DNA of 64,000 bases. Source: Ostreococcus lucimarinus (lineage: Eukaryota). The position numbers and the translations under genes were made by a program. Where the stretch lies: assembly GCA_000092065.1 (NCBI GenBank), contig CP000582.1. One strand, given 5' to 3'. Under the pieces are notes generated by a model that was not told the DNA's origin, made no database searches, and saw nothing but the letters and a program-made list of their open reading frames with translations. Shown here piece by piece: positions 55,437-64,000 of this stretch (positions are counted from its first letter, which is position 1; each line of letters opens with the position of its first letter).

Positions 55437-57707
55437 ATGGCGTGCGCGACGCCGAACGCGGCGTGCGCGACGCGCGCGACGTCGCGCGCGAGGGGGGGAC
55501 CGAGCGAGAGGGCGTTCAGACGCGCGGCGTCGCGACGTCGCGCGGGGGGAGGAATCCAAGCGCGCGGGACGACGGCGTCGGCGTCGGCGCGCGATGGAGG
55601 ATCGAGCGCGCGGGATTCCATAGACACGCTCGTGATCGAGCGAAAAGTCTCATCCGTGCGCACGTCGACGTCGACGTCGACGTCGAGGCCGCGCGACGGC
55701 GCCGACGGCTCGAGGCGAGGTTCTCGGACAAGGACGCGAACGCGAGCCATCGACGAGCCGCCGGGGATCGGTAAATCTGCAGACGGTGGCGACGAGGATA
55801 TGGACGTGACGTTCGCGGAAGGCACGGTTTTTAGAAAGCGCGTGAAACAGCCCTCGAGCGAAGAAGTTTGGTACGCGGGCTACATACGCGAGATGGAGGG
55901 CGTGAAATCGATGGACGAAGACGAAGAGGAAGAAGACGAGGATGACACGACGTCGAACGTGGATGGAAGACGTGCGAAAAATGTGGGGGGACAGGGCGTG
56001 CCCGGGATCATTCACTACGTGTTACACAGACTGCCCGGGCAGGCGAGAACGCCGCTGCCGACGGTTGTGCAAAACCCAGTGGATAATCTCTCGGTTTGGG
56101 CGCTCGCGACCTGTGGATTCTTATGGACGGCGTCGACGTGCATGGTGTTCTCCTTGCTGCCGGTGTTCATGCAAACGGAATTTGGATTTAGCAACACGCG
56201 CATCGGCGCCATGGAAGGGTTCGCGCTCTTCGTTTCAAACTTTAGCCGAGTGTTCTCTGGCGTGCTTTCGGACGTCCTCAAGTCTCGCGTCAAGGTCATT
56301 GCCGTCGGTTCAATCATGACGGCGGCTATGAAACTCACGTTGGCTTCCGCGGTGAGCGTGCAACAGGTTGTGCTAGGCAAGCTTTTGGATCGATTTGGTA
56401 AGGGGATTCGCGCCGCGCCGACGGACGCACTCATCGCAGATTTATCGCCGAGACCGAAGCGTTCATCCACGTATGGATTGCATCAGTCGATGACGACGCT
56501 TGGCGGTGTTATGGGCTCTCTTGCAGCGATGACGTGCATGAAGGCGACGCACAATAACTTTCGCGCCACCTTCACGTTGGCCGCCGTGCCGTCCATCATC
56601 GCCATCTTCATTCTCATTAAGGGCGTGCGAAAACCGAAACGTCTGATGAGTAAGCCCAAGTACAAGCCGCTCATGCTGCCGGGTCGAGGACGCGCGCTGC
56701 CGTCGTGGAAACGTCACACGCGGGGTCCACTAGCCATGCCCCATCTTCGAGCGCGTTGGCGACGCACCGCGTGCACGTCAAACGTCAGAGAAATCGTTTG
56801 GCATCGCGGGCAAAAGACATGGAAGACGGTGCGAGATTGGCTGTGGCAAATGAAATCTCGGGCGAAAATGGTGTCGCCATTCTTAGATCAAATCGTCGAT
56901 GGCTTTGAAGAGTCTAAGGGCGCTCCCGAAAACGAAGGAACGGTGCGCATCAGAAAAACGAGAAGGCGAAAAACTTGGTTTCGGCGCGCCGACGGTGGTG
57001 AAATGACTCAAGATGACTTGCGGACGCGAGCTTTGATTTGGGCCGATGATCCGTGGGCCGAAGCTCAACAACAAGGCGCCGGAAGAACGAAAAGCTCCTC
57101 GGCTACGAGCTTCATGTGGGGCGAATGGAATTGGAGTTGGACAGAGGTGGCGCAGCTGCCTTGGGCGTTTTGGCGAGCTCTTCTCGTGTTTTCAATTCTC
57201 AAAGTCGCCAGATTTAGCGAAGCTTTCGTCACACTACACGCCAAAGCTGTCGGAATGCAAGTGGCTTACTTGCCGGTCCTCATGTTTGCGACGAACATCA
57301 TGCAGTCGGCGTTGACGTATCCACTAGGAGTGTACGCGGACAACGCCGATCAAAGAGGACGAGACGGCCGTAAGAACATGCTTCTCGTCGGTTTCGGCCT
57401 CATGGTCGTCGCCGACGTCATTCTAGTCATGGCGAACGTCCCGTGGCAGGTGTTCTTGGGGTATCTGGTTGTCGGCGTTCACATGTCCATGACGCAAGGG
57501 AACATGAAAGCGGTGCTGAGCGCGACGATGCCACCAAACGTGCGCGGCACTGGATTCGCCATCGCCGCAATGTCACAAGGCCTTTCTCTTGGTTTCGGTA
57601 ACTACATGGCTGGATTCCTGTGCGATCAGCTTGGCTCCGCTGGCGCATTCTGGGGCGGAGGGGCTTTCGCCATGCTCGCTCTCGGAGTGGGATGGCTTCT
57701 ACTGTAA
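55437..57707 (+). CDS. major facilitator superfamily (MFS) transporter with long N-terminus and central loop
   Basis: ATG at 55437. About 200 aa of Arg/Ser/Asp/Glu-rich N-terminus including a (GACGTC)n-encoded STSTSTS, then six TM helices, a long basic loop and six more TM helices, ending GGGAFAMLALGVGWLLL. True start could be an internal Met (for example MEGVKSMDED). Confidence 0.6.
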   Translation: MACATPNAACATRATSRARGGPSERAFRRAASRRRAGGGIQARGTTASASARDGGSSARDSIDTLVIERKVSSVRTSTSTSTSRPRDGADGSRRGSRTRTRTRAIDEPPGIGKSADGGDEDMDVTFAEGTVFRKRVKQPSSEEVWYAGYIREMEGVKSMDEDEEEEDEDDTTSNVDGRRAKNVGGQGVPGIIHYVLHRLPGQARTPLPTVVQNPVDNLSVWALATCGFLWTASTCMVFSLLPVFMQTEFGFSNTRIGAMEGFALFVSNFSRVFSGVLSDVLKSRVKVIAVGSIMTAAMKLTLASAVSVQQVVLGKLLDRFGKGIRAAPTDALIADLSPRPKRSSTYGLHQSMTTLGGVMGSLAAMTCMKATHNNFRATFTLAAVPSIIAIFILIKGVRKPKRLMSKPKYKPLMLPGRGRALPSWKRHTRGPLAMPHLRARWRRTACTSNVREIVWHRGQKTWKTVRDWLWQMKSRAKMVSPFLDQIVDGFEESKGAPENEGTVRIRKTRRRKTWFRRADGGEMTQDDLRTRALIWADDPWAEAQQQGAGRTKSSSATSFMWGEWNWSWTEVAQLPWAFWRALLVFSILKVARFSEAFVTLHAKAVGMQVAYLPVLMFATNIMQSALTYPLGVYADNADQRGRDGRKNMLLVGFGLMVVADVILVMANVPWQVFLGYLVVGVHMSMTQGNMKAVLSATMPPNVRGTGFAIAAMSQGLSLGFGNYMAGFLCDQLGSAGAFWGGGAFAMLALGVGWLLL

Positions 57708-57802
57708 ATTACTGCGCTGCGTACGCGAGTTCGAATAGCGCGAAGATAGATGTTTAGTTCTAATACGAAAGCTCCATCGTCGCCGACGCCATGTTTCGCT
57801 TT

Positions 57803-58489
57803 CTATTCTATTTCACGCCGCGACCAATTCCCGCTCTTGCCACCAACTTTGGCCTCTAACCTAACGTCTCCGATGACGATGTCCTTACTCACCGCTTTAC
57901 ACATGTCGTAAATCGTCAACCCACTCACCGCCGCCGCCGTGAGCGCCTCCATCTCCACTCCCGTTTTACCAGTACACGAAGCTACCGCGACGATGTCGAC
58001 GGCGCGCTCGCTTTCATTCAGCGTTAAATCAACTTTCACCGCGTCGATCGCGATGGCGTGACACAACGGAATCAAGTCGTGCGTTTTTTTCGCCCCCATG
58101 ATCCCCGCGATGCGCGCGGTGGCGAGTACGTCACCCTTTTTCATTCTATTTTCTCGTACCAACGCGAACGCCTCGGCGCCGAGCCACACCCGCGCCGACG
58201 CCGTCGCTTCTCTCGACGTCGACGGCTTCGAACCGACGTTCACCATGGACGCAGCACCCGAGCGCTCGTCTACGTGCGTTAAGCGACCCGTAGGCGCCGC
58301 GTCATCGCCTCCACCGCCGACGCGAACGCCGCCGAGGCCGAACGTTTCGTCGAGCGAGGCGTTCGCCTCCTCCACCGCACTCGCGCGGTCGCCGTTCGCG
58401 TGAAACGAGGACGCGGAGAGCGATGCGCGCGTTCGCATCGACGTCACCGAGCGCGCCGTGCGCGCGATGAGGCGTCGAAGGGTCGTCAT
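57803..58489 (-). CDS. moaC: cyclic pyranopterin monophosphate synthase accessory protein MoaC (molybdenum cofactor biosynthesis)
   Basis: Track ORF top (58537) is GTG; ATG at CAT 58487-58489 (MTTLRRLIART, presequence-like). LTHVDERSGAASMVNVGSKPSTSREATASARV...KKGDVLATARIAGIMGAKKTHDLIPLCH...GKTGVEMEALTAAAVSGLTIYDMCKAVSKDIVIGDVRLEAKVGGKSG is collinear with E. coli MoaC. Confidence 0.85.
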   Translation of the reverse strand: MTTLRRLIARTARSVTSMRTRASLSASSFHANGDRASAVEEANASLDETFGLGGVRVGGGGDDAAPTGRLTHVDERSGAASMVNVGSKPSTSREATASARVWLGAEAFALVRENRMKKGDVLATARIAGIMGAKKTHDLIPLCHAIAIDAVKVDLTLNESERAVDIVAVASCTGKTGVEMEALTAAAVSGLTIYDMCKAVSKDIVIGDVRLEAKVGGKSGNWSRREIE

Positions 58490-58538
58490 GCGTGAACACG
58501 CGCGTCGCAGTCTGCGGAGGCGTCCGCGCGCCGTCACA

Positions 58539-58606
58539 CGTCGCCTCGCTCGCGCGCGTCGCGCGACCTCGCTCGCGCGCGTCGCGCGACCTCGCTCGCG
58601 CGCGCG
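58539..58606. repeat. about 3 x 23-bp tandem repeat GTCGCGCGACCTCGCTCGCGCGC
   Basis: Direct repeat read from the sequence at 58539..58606. Lies in the 140-bp interval between the divergent MoaC and helicase starts. Confidence 0.6.
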
Positions 58607-58629
58607 CGCGTGGGGAGCGCGCGCGCGTC

Positions 58630-61320
58630 ATGGGTCCCAGTAACGCCCAGAAGAAAGCCTTGGCGAAAGCCAAGCGCGGCATCGTGTCATCCGGAGCGAT
58701 GAGCTCTAAGAGCGGCTTCGACCCAGCGCAAGTAAAACCAAAAGAGCTCCCGTGTCCGCACTGCGATCGGATATTCAAGCAACAGGACAGACTGAAACAG
58801 CACATCGCGAAGCAGCACGCCGATGTCGTGGCCGAACAGAGCGGTTCGGAGTCCGTGGTGGGCGATGGGAAGACAACAAAGGTGAGCGCGAAGGCGGCGC
58901 TCATCATCGCGGAGCGCGAAAAATTCAAGGAGGAAGCGGCGAAGGAACGCGCCGCGAATCCCGACTCCAAGGTCGCCACGCCGTTTGCAAGAATGAGCTG
59001 TAAGCTCCCGAGCACAATCTTACGCGAGTTTGTGCAAAAACAGAAGGAGTATAAGGCTCCCGTGTTTCGTGCGAAGGAAGAAAAGCTCGACGGCGAATCG
59101 ACGTGGACGTGCAAACTCGTTTTAAGAGACAAGCACAAGCCCGACAAGGACAAGGTGTTCTTCTGGAACGAAAAGTGCGAGACGAAATTAGAGGCTGAGC
59201 ATAGAGTCGCGGTGGTGGCGCTGGCGAAAATTGCCAACACGCTACCTTTGCAGCGCCTGTTGCCGAATCAATACAAGGAGACCTTCACACAATGCGAAGA
59301 GATGGAAAAAAAGAAAGTGGAGGATGCGAAGAAGCGAGCGGCGAGAGAGGAGCAACGCATCGCCCGAATGAAACGACTTGCAAAGCAGGAGATGGCACAA
59401 GTCTTGACTATGAGTGAGGAAAAGCGAGCACTCGTGGAATCCATACTCAAAGAAGATTACGAGTCCGCGTCTGACGAAGACGAAGACGAAGACGAAGACA
59501 TGCAGCTCGAAGAAGACGTTGAGATAGCTGGGGTGAACGCGTTGTGTGACAAATTGGAAAGCTTAGGGTTCGGGCGCGAAGACGCACTGGCGGCATCGAA
59601 AGCGACGAAATCGAAAGACATCGCCGCGCTGGATGGCGCGATTAGCTGGTTGTGCGTTCACGTGCCCGACTACAGGCTACCCACGGTGTACGCTCCTAAA
59701 TCGCTCAACGAGGGTGGAGTGGTGTTACTCAGTAAAACCAAACCCGCTCAACCCGTGGAGATCGATTCGAGGCCGTCGAGCGAGGATGCGGCCTGGCTCT
59801 GGGAGCGCGGTTACGCGGCGACGGCGTGCGACGACGCATTGCGCGCGCACTCCAGTCGAGAGGAAGCGCACGCTCACTTATTCGGCCAAGTTCTCGCTGG
59901 AATTTCGAAATCGTACGAGGCGTGGCCGACCCACGATTCTGATGCAAACGACGAAGACTGGGAAGACGAATTGACGGCGATAGAAGCCATTTGCGGCGAA
60001 GACACGGTTGAGCGCTTACCCGCCGGCGTTCGCGTCGCAATCGATACATCCGCCGGCGTGAAGGGATATCTCGAAGTGTACCGCCTCAAAAACGGTGGCT
60101 ATCCAGCGATTGAACCGCCTCTGATTGCATTTCATGCGCACGGTGAACTTCGAGCTGAGTTTTTCGGCGCGACTCGAGCGCTTGCGAAGCTCGCCATTGA
60201 TGGATGCGGCGCGCCTTGCGTGTACACTATGATAGAGGCTGCCGGAAGCTTGGTGGAGAAAGTCGCGAAAACACATTCGTCGTTGCAAACTATCAGCGCT
60301 GCGGATGCATCGAATCGGCCACCCGTACCGAAGCCACGAGTGCCGAACGTCGCCCCAAATCGCGCCGCGACGCCATCTCTGGCGGCGGCGGAGTCGAAAC
60401 GACAGAACACAAAACGCCCGCATCGAGGGCTTTCCGAGAGCGATATCGTGTCTGAGAATCGAAGGTTGCTCGATGCTTTCAACGCATACCTTGAGTCGGC
60501 AAAATCCGGCAAAGGTGAAGCGTATGCGATGATGAACGTGCGTTTGAATTTGCCGGCGAGCGGAAGTCGAGAAGAAGTGACTCGAGCCGTGAACAAATCA
60601 TCTGTGGTTGTCCTGAGCGGCGAGACTGGTTGCGGCAAGTCAACGCAAGTGCCTCAGTTCATACTTGAATCTGAAATCGCCGCGGGCCGTGGCGGTGAGA
60701 CTAACATCATCGTCACTCAGCCACGTCGAATTTCCGCCATCGGCCTCGCCGAACGAGTCGCGGCGGAGCGCTGTGAGAGGTGCGGTGACGTCGTCGGCTA
60801 CTCCGTTCGACTCGAATCCAAGCAATCGTCGAAAACGCGACTTCTTTTCTGCACGACTGGTGTTCTGCTTAGAAGATTGCTTTCCGATCCCTTGCTCGCG
60901 AACACGACGCACGTTATTCTTGACGAAGTTCACGAACGTTCAGTCGACTCCGACTTGTTGCTGCTGCTCCTGCGAAGAGTCATAGCAAAGAACCCGAAAA
61001 TACGAATCGTACTTATGTCCGCCACCGCGGATGCGGACCTGTTCGATGACTATTTCAAGCATCCATCCGCAATCGCCGCGGTAAGCGGCGTGTCGACGAC
61101 GCAAGTCCACATAGCCGGCTTCACGCATCCCGTTCGCGAATACTTCTTAGAAGACGTATTCGAAATGACTGGTCATACGGTCGGCAAGGGTGGACCATAC
61201 GCGAAGCGCAAGCAAATCAAACGCGTGAAGTCAAACGCAGAAGTTGAGACGCTTTTAGCCGAAAAAGCTGCGCAACGTAAGGCTGAGCGCGCCGCTCTCG
61301 GGCTGGACAAAGGTGGCTCG

Positions 61321-61361
<41 letters not shown>

Positions 61362-63267
61362 CATCGACGACGTTCCTGACGATTGGGATTTAGCTGACGA
61401 TGAACGCGCGTATGAGGTAAAACGTGCGCCAGACGTTGAAGACCAATTCGGCGAGACACCTGCGATGACACCCACGCAAATCGAGGAGGAACGTCGACGA
61501 GCGGACTTGCTGTCTGAGGCGTCGAGAGCGTTGAATGGGTACTCTGTCCCGACTCAAAGAAGTATTCAAAACGTCGACGAAACCATCATCAACTATGACG
61601 CCATCGAGCAGCTCGTTGGTGCAATTATTCAAACAGAGCTTGAAAACGGTCCGAGTGCGCTAGTTCCACCGCCCATTGCGGGAACAAACCCGAAAGATGT
61701 CGGCCTCGGCGCGATCCTCATTTTCATGCCGGGTCAATTTGAAATTTTGCGGTTGATTCGCAAACTCGAGCAATCACGCCTTTTAGAGGCGGATGACGTC
61801 GGTGCGCTCCGCATTCTACCGCTTTACGGCTCGCTGTCCTCCAAAGATCAGAAGCGTATATTCGAACGTCCGCCAGATGGAGTGCGGAAAATCGTCGTGG
61901 CGACCAACATTGCGGAGACATCCGTGACGATTGACGACGTGCGGTATGTCATCGATACGGGACGTGCTAAAGAGATGCAGTACGATACGTTGCGCGGGTT
62001 ATCAGTGCTTGCAGACACTTGGGTCTCGCAGGCGGCGGCGAAGCAGCGGCGAGGTCGTTCTGGTCGCACGGCGCCGGGCGCGCGGTTCGCCATGTTTTCG
62101 CGAGCGCAGTTCGCGAACATGTTGCCTCAGCAACCGCCCGAAATGCTTCGAACGCCGCTTCAGCAGTTGTGTTTGTCCATCAAGGCTATGAGCGAACAAC
62201 CAGTCGCGCAGACGCTCGGCGCCGCTTTGACACCGCCTGATACTCGCGCAATTCACGCCGCACTTGACGAGCTTTGCGCGTTGCGAGCATTCGACGCCGA
62301 TGAACGTTTGACGCCGCTCGGACGTCACTTGGCGCAGATGCCTGTCGACGCTCGTATAGGTAAAATGCTTTTGTTTGGCGCGTTGTTGGGCTGTCTCGAT
62401 CCTATTCTCACGATCGCCGGAGCGATGAGCGGTAGACCGTTGTTCTTCTCGCCGAAGGATAATCGCGACGCTGCGGACAAGGCGAAGCGAAGTCTTTCCG
62501 CGACAAAATCGGACCACCTGACCATGGTTGCGGCGTATAAGGGATGGGCAAAGGCAAAGGCGCGAGGAAAGCCGTTCGAACGACGGTATTGCGAGGAATA
62601 CTTTTTGAGTTCGCAAGCGCTTGAGGCGGTACATGCGAGTCGGCTTGACTACGCGACGATTCTCGCCGATTTAGGTTTCGTGAGGCGCGAGTACATCAAC
62701 AACATGCGCCGTTTCGGAACGGGAGGAACGGAGGCTGATTCAAACAGCGAAACTGCCCGCGTGATTAAAGGCGCGCTCGTCGCTGGCTTCTACCCTCATG
62801 TCGTTCGAGTGAAGCATCCAGAGACCAAGTACGCGCAGACGACATCCGGGGCCGTGGCGAAGGCTGCGAACAGTCGCGAGCTGAAATACTACTCGAAGGA
62901 CCTTGGGCGCGTGTTCTTACACCCGGCATCGGTAAACTTTCACTGTGGGAAGTTCGAGAGCCGATGGATCGTATACAGCGAACGCGTCGAGACGGCAAAA
63001 GTGTACATTCGCGACAACACCATGGTCGGTTCGTATTCGCTTCTACTTTTTGGCGGCGATATCGCTGTCCACCACGAGCAAGGTCTCGTTCGCGTCGACG
63101 ATTGGGCGACGTTCGCAGCGCCCGCAAAAATCGGCGTTCTCGTGAAAGCACTGCGCGCCAAGGTTGACGAACTGCTTCTCGCTCGCATCAACCATCCGTC
63201 GGCGACGCTCGCGTCGACGCCCGTGGTGCGAGCGTTATTATCCCTTCTGGAGTCAGAAGGGCATTGA
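58630..63267 (+). CDS. DHX57-like DEAH-box RNA helicase with C2H2 zinc finger, UBA-like and RWD-like domains
   Basis: Track ORF starts at ATG 58492, only 2 nt from the MoaC start. The second ATG, 58630 (verified), gives MGPSNAQKKALAKAKRG. N-terminal CPHCDRIFKQQDRLKQHIAKQH (C2H2), UBA-like GVNALCDKLESLGFGREDALAASKAT, RWD-like DEDWEDELTAIEAICGEDT. Helicase core GETGCGKSTQ, TQPRRISA, DEVHERS, SATAD, TNIAETSVTIDDV, QRRGRSGR, then HA2/OB region. Poly-Asp insert. Ends about 490 bp before the telomere. Confidence 0.85.
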
Positions 63268-63757
63268 TTGATTCAACGTAGGCATCTAGAAACCGCGCGA
63301 TGACGCGTACGATTTGTGAAGCACAAACGTGACAGTCGCGCTACTCGCACGTCGCCGTCGTCGTCCCGCGAATACACCGAGGATGTGCGAGAATTAGATG
63401 AGTCGGAAAAATCTAAAAAAAATACGAATCGAAGAGAGAGTCGAAACTCTCTCGCGTTATCACAACGTATGACTGGTCGTTTGTCGTCCAACACGAACAC
63501 TGAAGAAGGCACTTTGACGCAAGAGTCCGGCGACGTCCGGAGCGTCGAGGGGGAAGTCTGCGGTGCCGTGCTGGTCGACGAGTGATGGCCGTAGGGTGTC
63601 GTGAAGGTGCACAGGAAGGATGCGAATGCTAGTGACTTTTCGGGTTTAGTACGACGCAGAGAACCTAGGATTAGGTGTAATAAATGACTTAGGGTTCCAC
63701 CGTGGGGAGGGCCATCTTCTCGAGGTTCTCGGCGTAAGGCATCGGGATGTCGACGCT

Positions 63758-64000
63758 TTTAGGGTTTAGGGTTTAGGGTTTAGGGTTTAGGGTTTAGGGT
63801 TTAGGGTTTAGGGTTTAGGGTTTAGGGTTTAGGGTTTAGGGTTTAGGGTTTAGGGTTTAGGGTTTAGGGTTTAGGGTTTAGGGTTTAGGGTTTAGGGTTT
63901 AGGGTTTAGGGTTTAGGGTTTAGGGTTTAGGGTTTAGGGTTTAGGGTTTAGGGTTTAGGGTTTAGGGTTTAGGGTTTAGGGTTTAGGGTTTAGGGTTTAG
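63758..64000 (+). repeat. telomere repeat array (TTTAGGG)n, about 35 copies, running to the window end
   Basis: Perfect TTTAGGG heptamer tandem array from about 63758 to the last base. G-rich strand on + reading 5'->3' toward the end, as at a right-arm chromosome terminus. Degenerate telomere-like fragments (GGGTTTAGTACG, CTTAGGGTTCC) lie within the 150 nt before it. Confidence 0.95.

Noticed and set aside
63316-63585. 89-aa ORF in the subtelomere
   Set aside because: Short, Ser/Arg/Thr-rich, no homology or motifs. 3' of the last gene in a region likely to be UTR or subtelomeric spacer.
1-64000. Possibility that the window is prokaryotic and holds a defence or other novel system, as the task framing suggests
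   Set aside because: Terminal TTTAGGG telomere, spliceosomal introns with conserved branch points, and exclusively eukaryotic gene content (TAF11, SmD2, THOC1, NOC3, KNL1-like, PsaO, Yif1, Serinc). No operon-like co-directional clusters, no CRISPR repeats, no phage or transposon genes.
104-64000. ORF-track proteins shown beginning with M
   Set aside because: Many begin at GTG or TTG in the DNA (verified: 418 GTG, 5279 GTG, 17425 GTG, 18173 TTG, 28841 TTG, 41864 GTG, 43582 GTG, 58537 GTG). The track used a prokaryotic start table, so I moved starts to the first plausible in-frame ATG or to a spliced upstream exon.
63758-64000. Heptamer array as a CRISPR or satellite
   Set aside because: Units are 7 bp with no spacers and match the plant/green-algal telomere sequence. 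The array runs to the window end in G-strand orientation.
1-64000. tRNA, rRNA or other ncRNA genes
   Set aside because: I looked for T-loop-like GTTCGAATC/GGTTCGA motifs and rRNA-like conserved stretches in intergenic intervals and found none. Without covariance-model tools a small ncRNA could be missed.

Overview
This window is GC-rich eukaryotic nuclear DNA, not prokaryotic. It ends in a (TTTAGGG)n telomere array at about 63758..64000 with the G-strand running 5'->3' to the window end, so it is the right-hand end of a chromosome. The gene content (PsaO, plastid-type desaturase, DUF1517), the compact gene spacing and the telomere type fit a small green alga of the Ostreococcus/Micromonas/Bathycoccus kind. 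That organism call is inference, not a database hit.

I can support about 40 protein-coding genes on both strands, with typically 60-700 bp between them:
- Glycolysis: a divergent PGK-like gene tail-to-tail with GAPDH.
- Membrane and trafficking: Serinc, Yif1, an SLC35/TPT-family transporter, an MFS transporter, a PIP kinase.
- Nuclear and chromatin: JmjC (JMJD7-like), a CK1-like kinase, THOC1, a CCCH zinc-finger protein, a histone-H1-like KKKPAA-repeat protein, a KNL1/Spc105-like protein, TAF11, a Pob3/SSRP1-like histone chaperone, SmD2.
- Ribosome and RNA: BMT2/SAMTOR-like methyltransferase, NOC3, a WD40 SSU-processome-like protein, an RsuA-type pseudouridine synthase, a DHX57-like DEAH helicase.
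- Organellar and photosynthetic: NDUFA6, DUF1517, PsaO, bacterial-type uL11 and uL10, a FAD2/FAD6-type desaturase, MoaC.

Most genes are single exons, but at least seven have introns with a recurring grammar: donor GTGCG[T/C] (once GTACGT), an extended branch motif GACTGACG, then CAG or TAG about 30-40 nt later. Using this grammar I repaired several models that the ORF track splits or truncates (Serinc, H1-like, KNL1-like, TAF11, PsaO, uL10).

Two caveats on the ORF track. It is prokaryote-style: many ORFs shown starting with M actually begin at GTG or TTG, so I moved starts to the first in-frame ATG. Many long Arg/Ala-rich ORFs are antisense or GC-frame artefacts.

I found no CRISPR array, rRNA, tRNA or recognisable mobile element, and no prokaryotic defence-type system. 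Function calls come from motif-level recognition of the translations, not database searches. Coordinates may be off by 1-2 nt in places.
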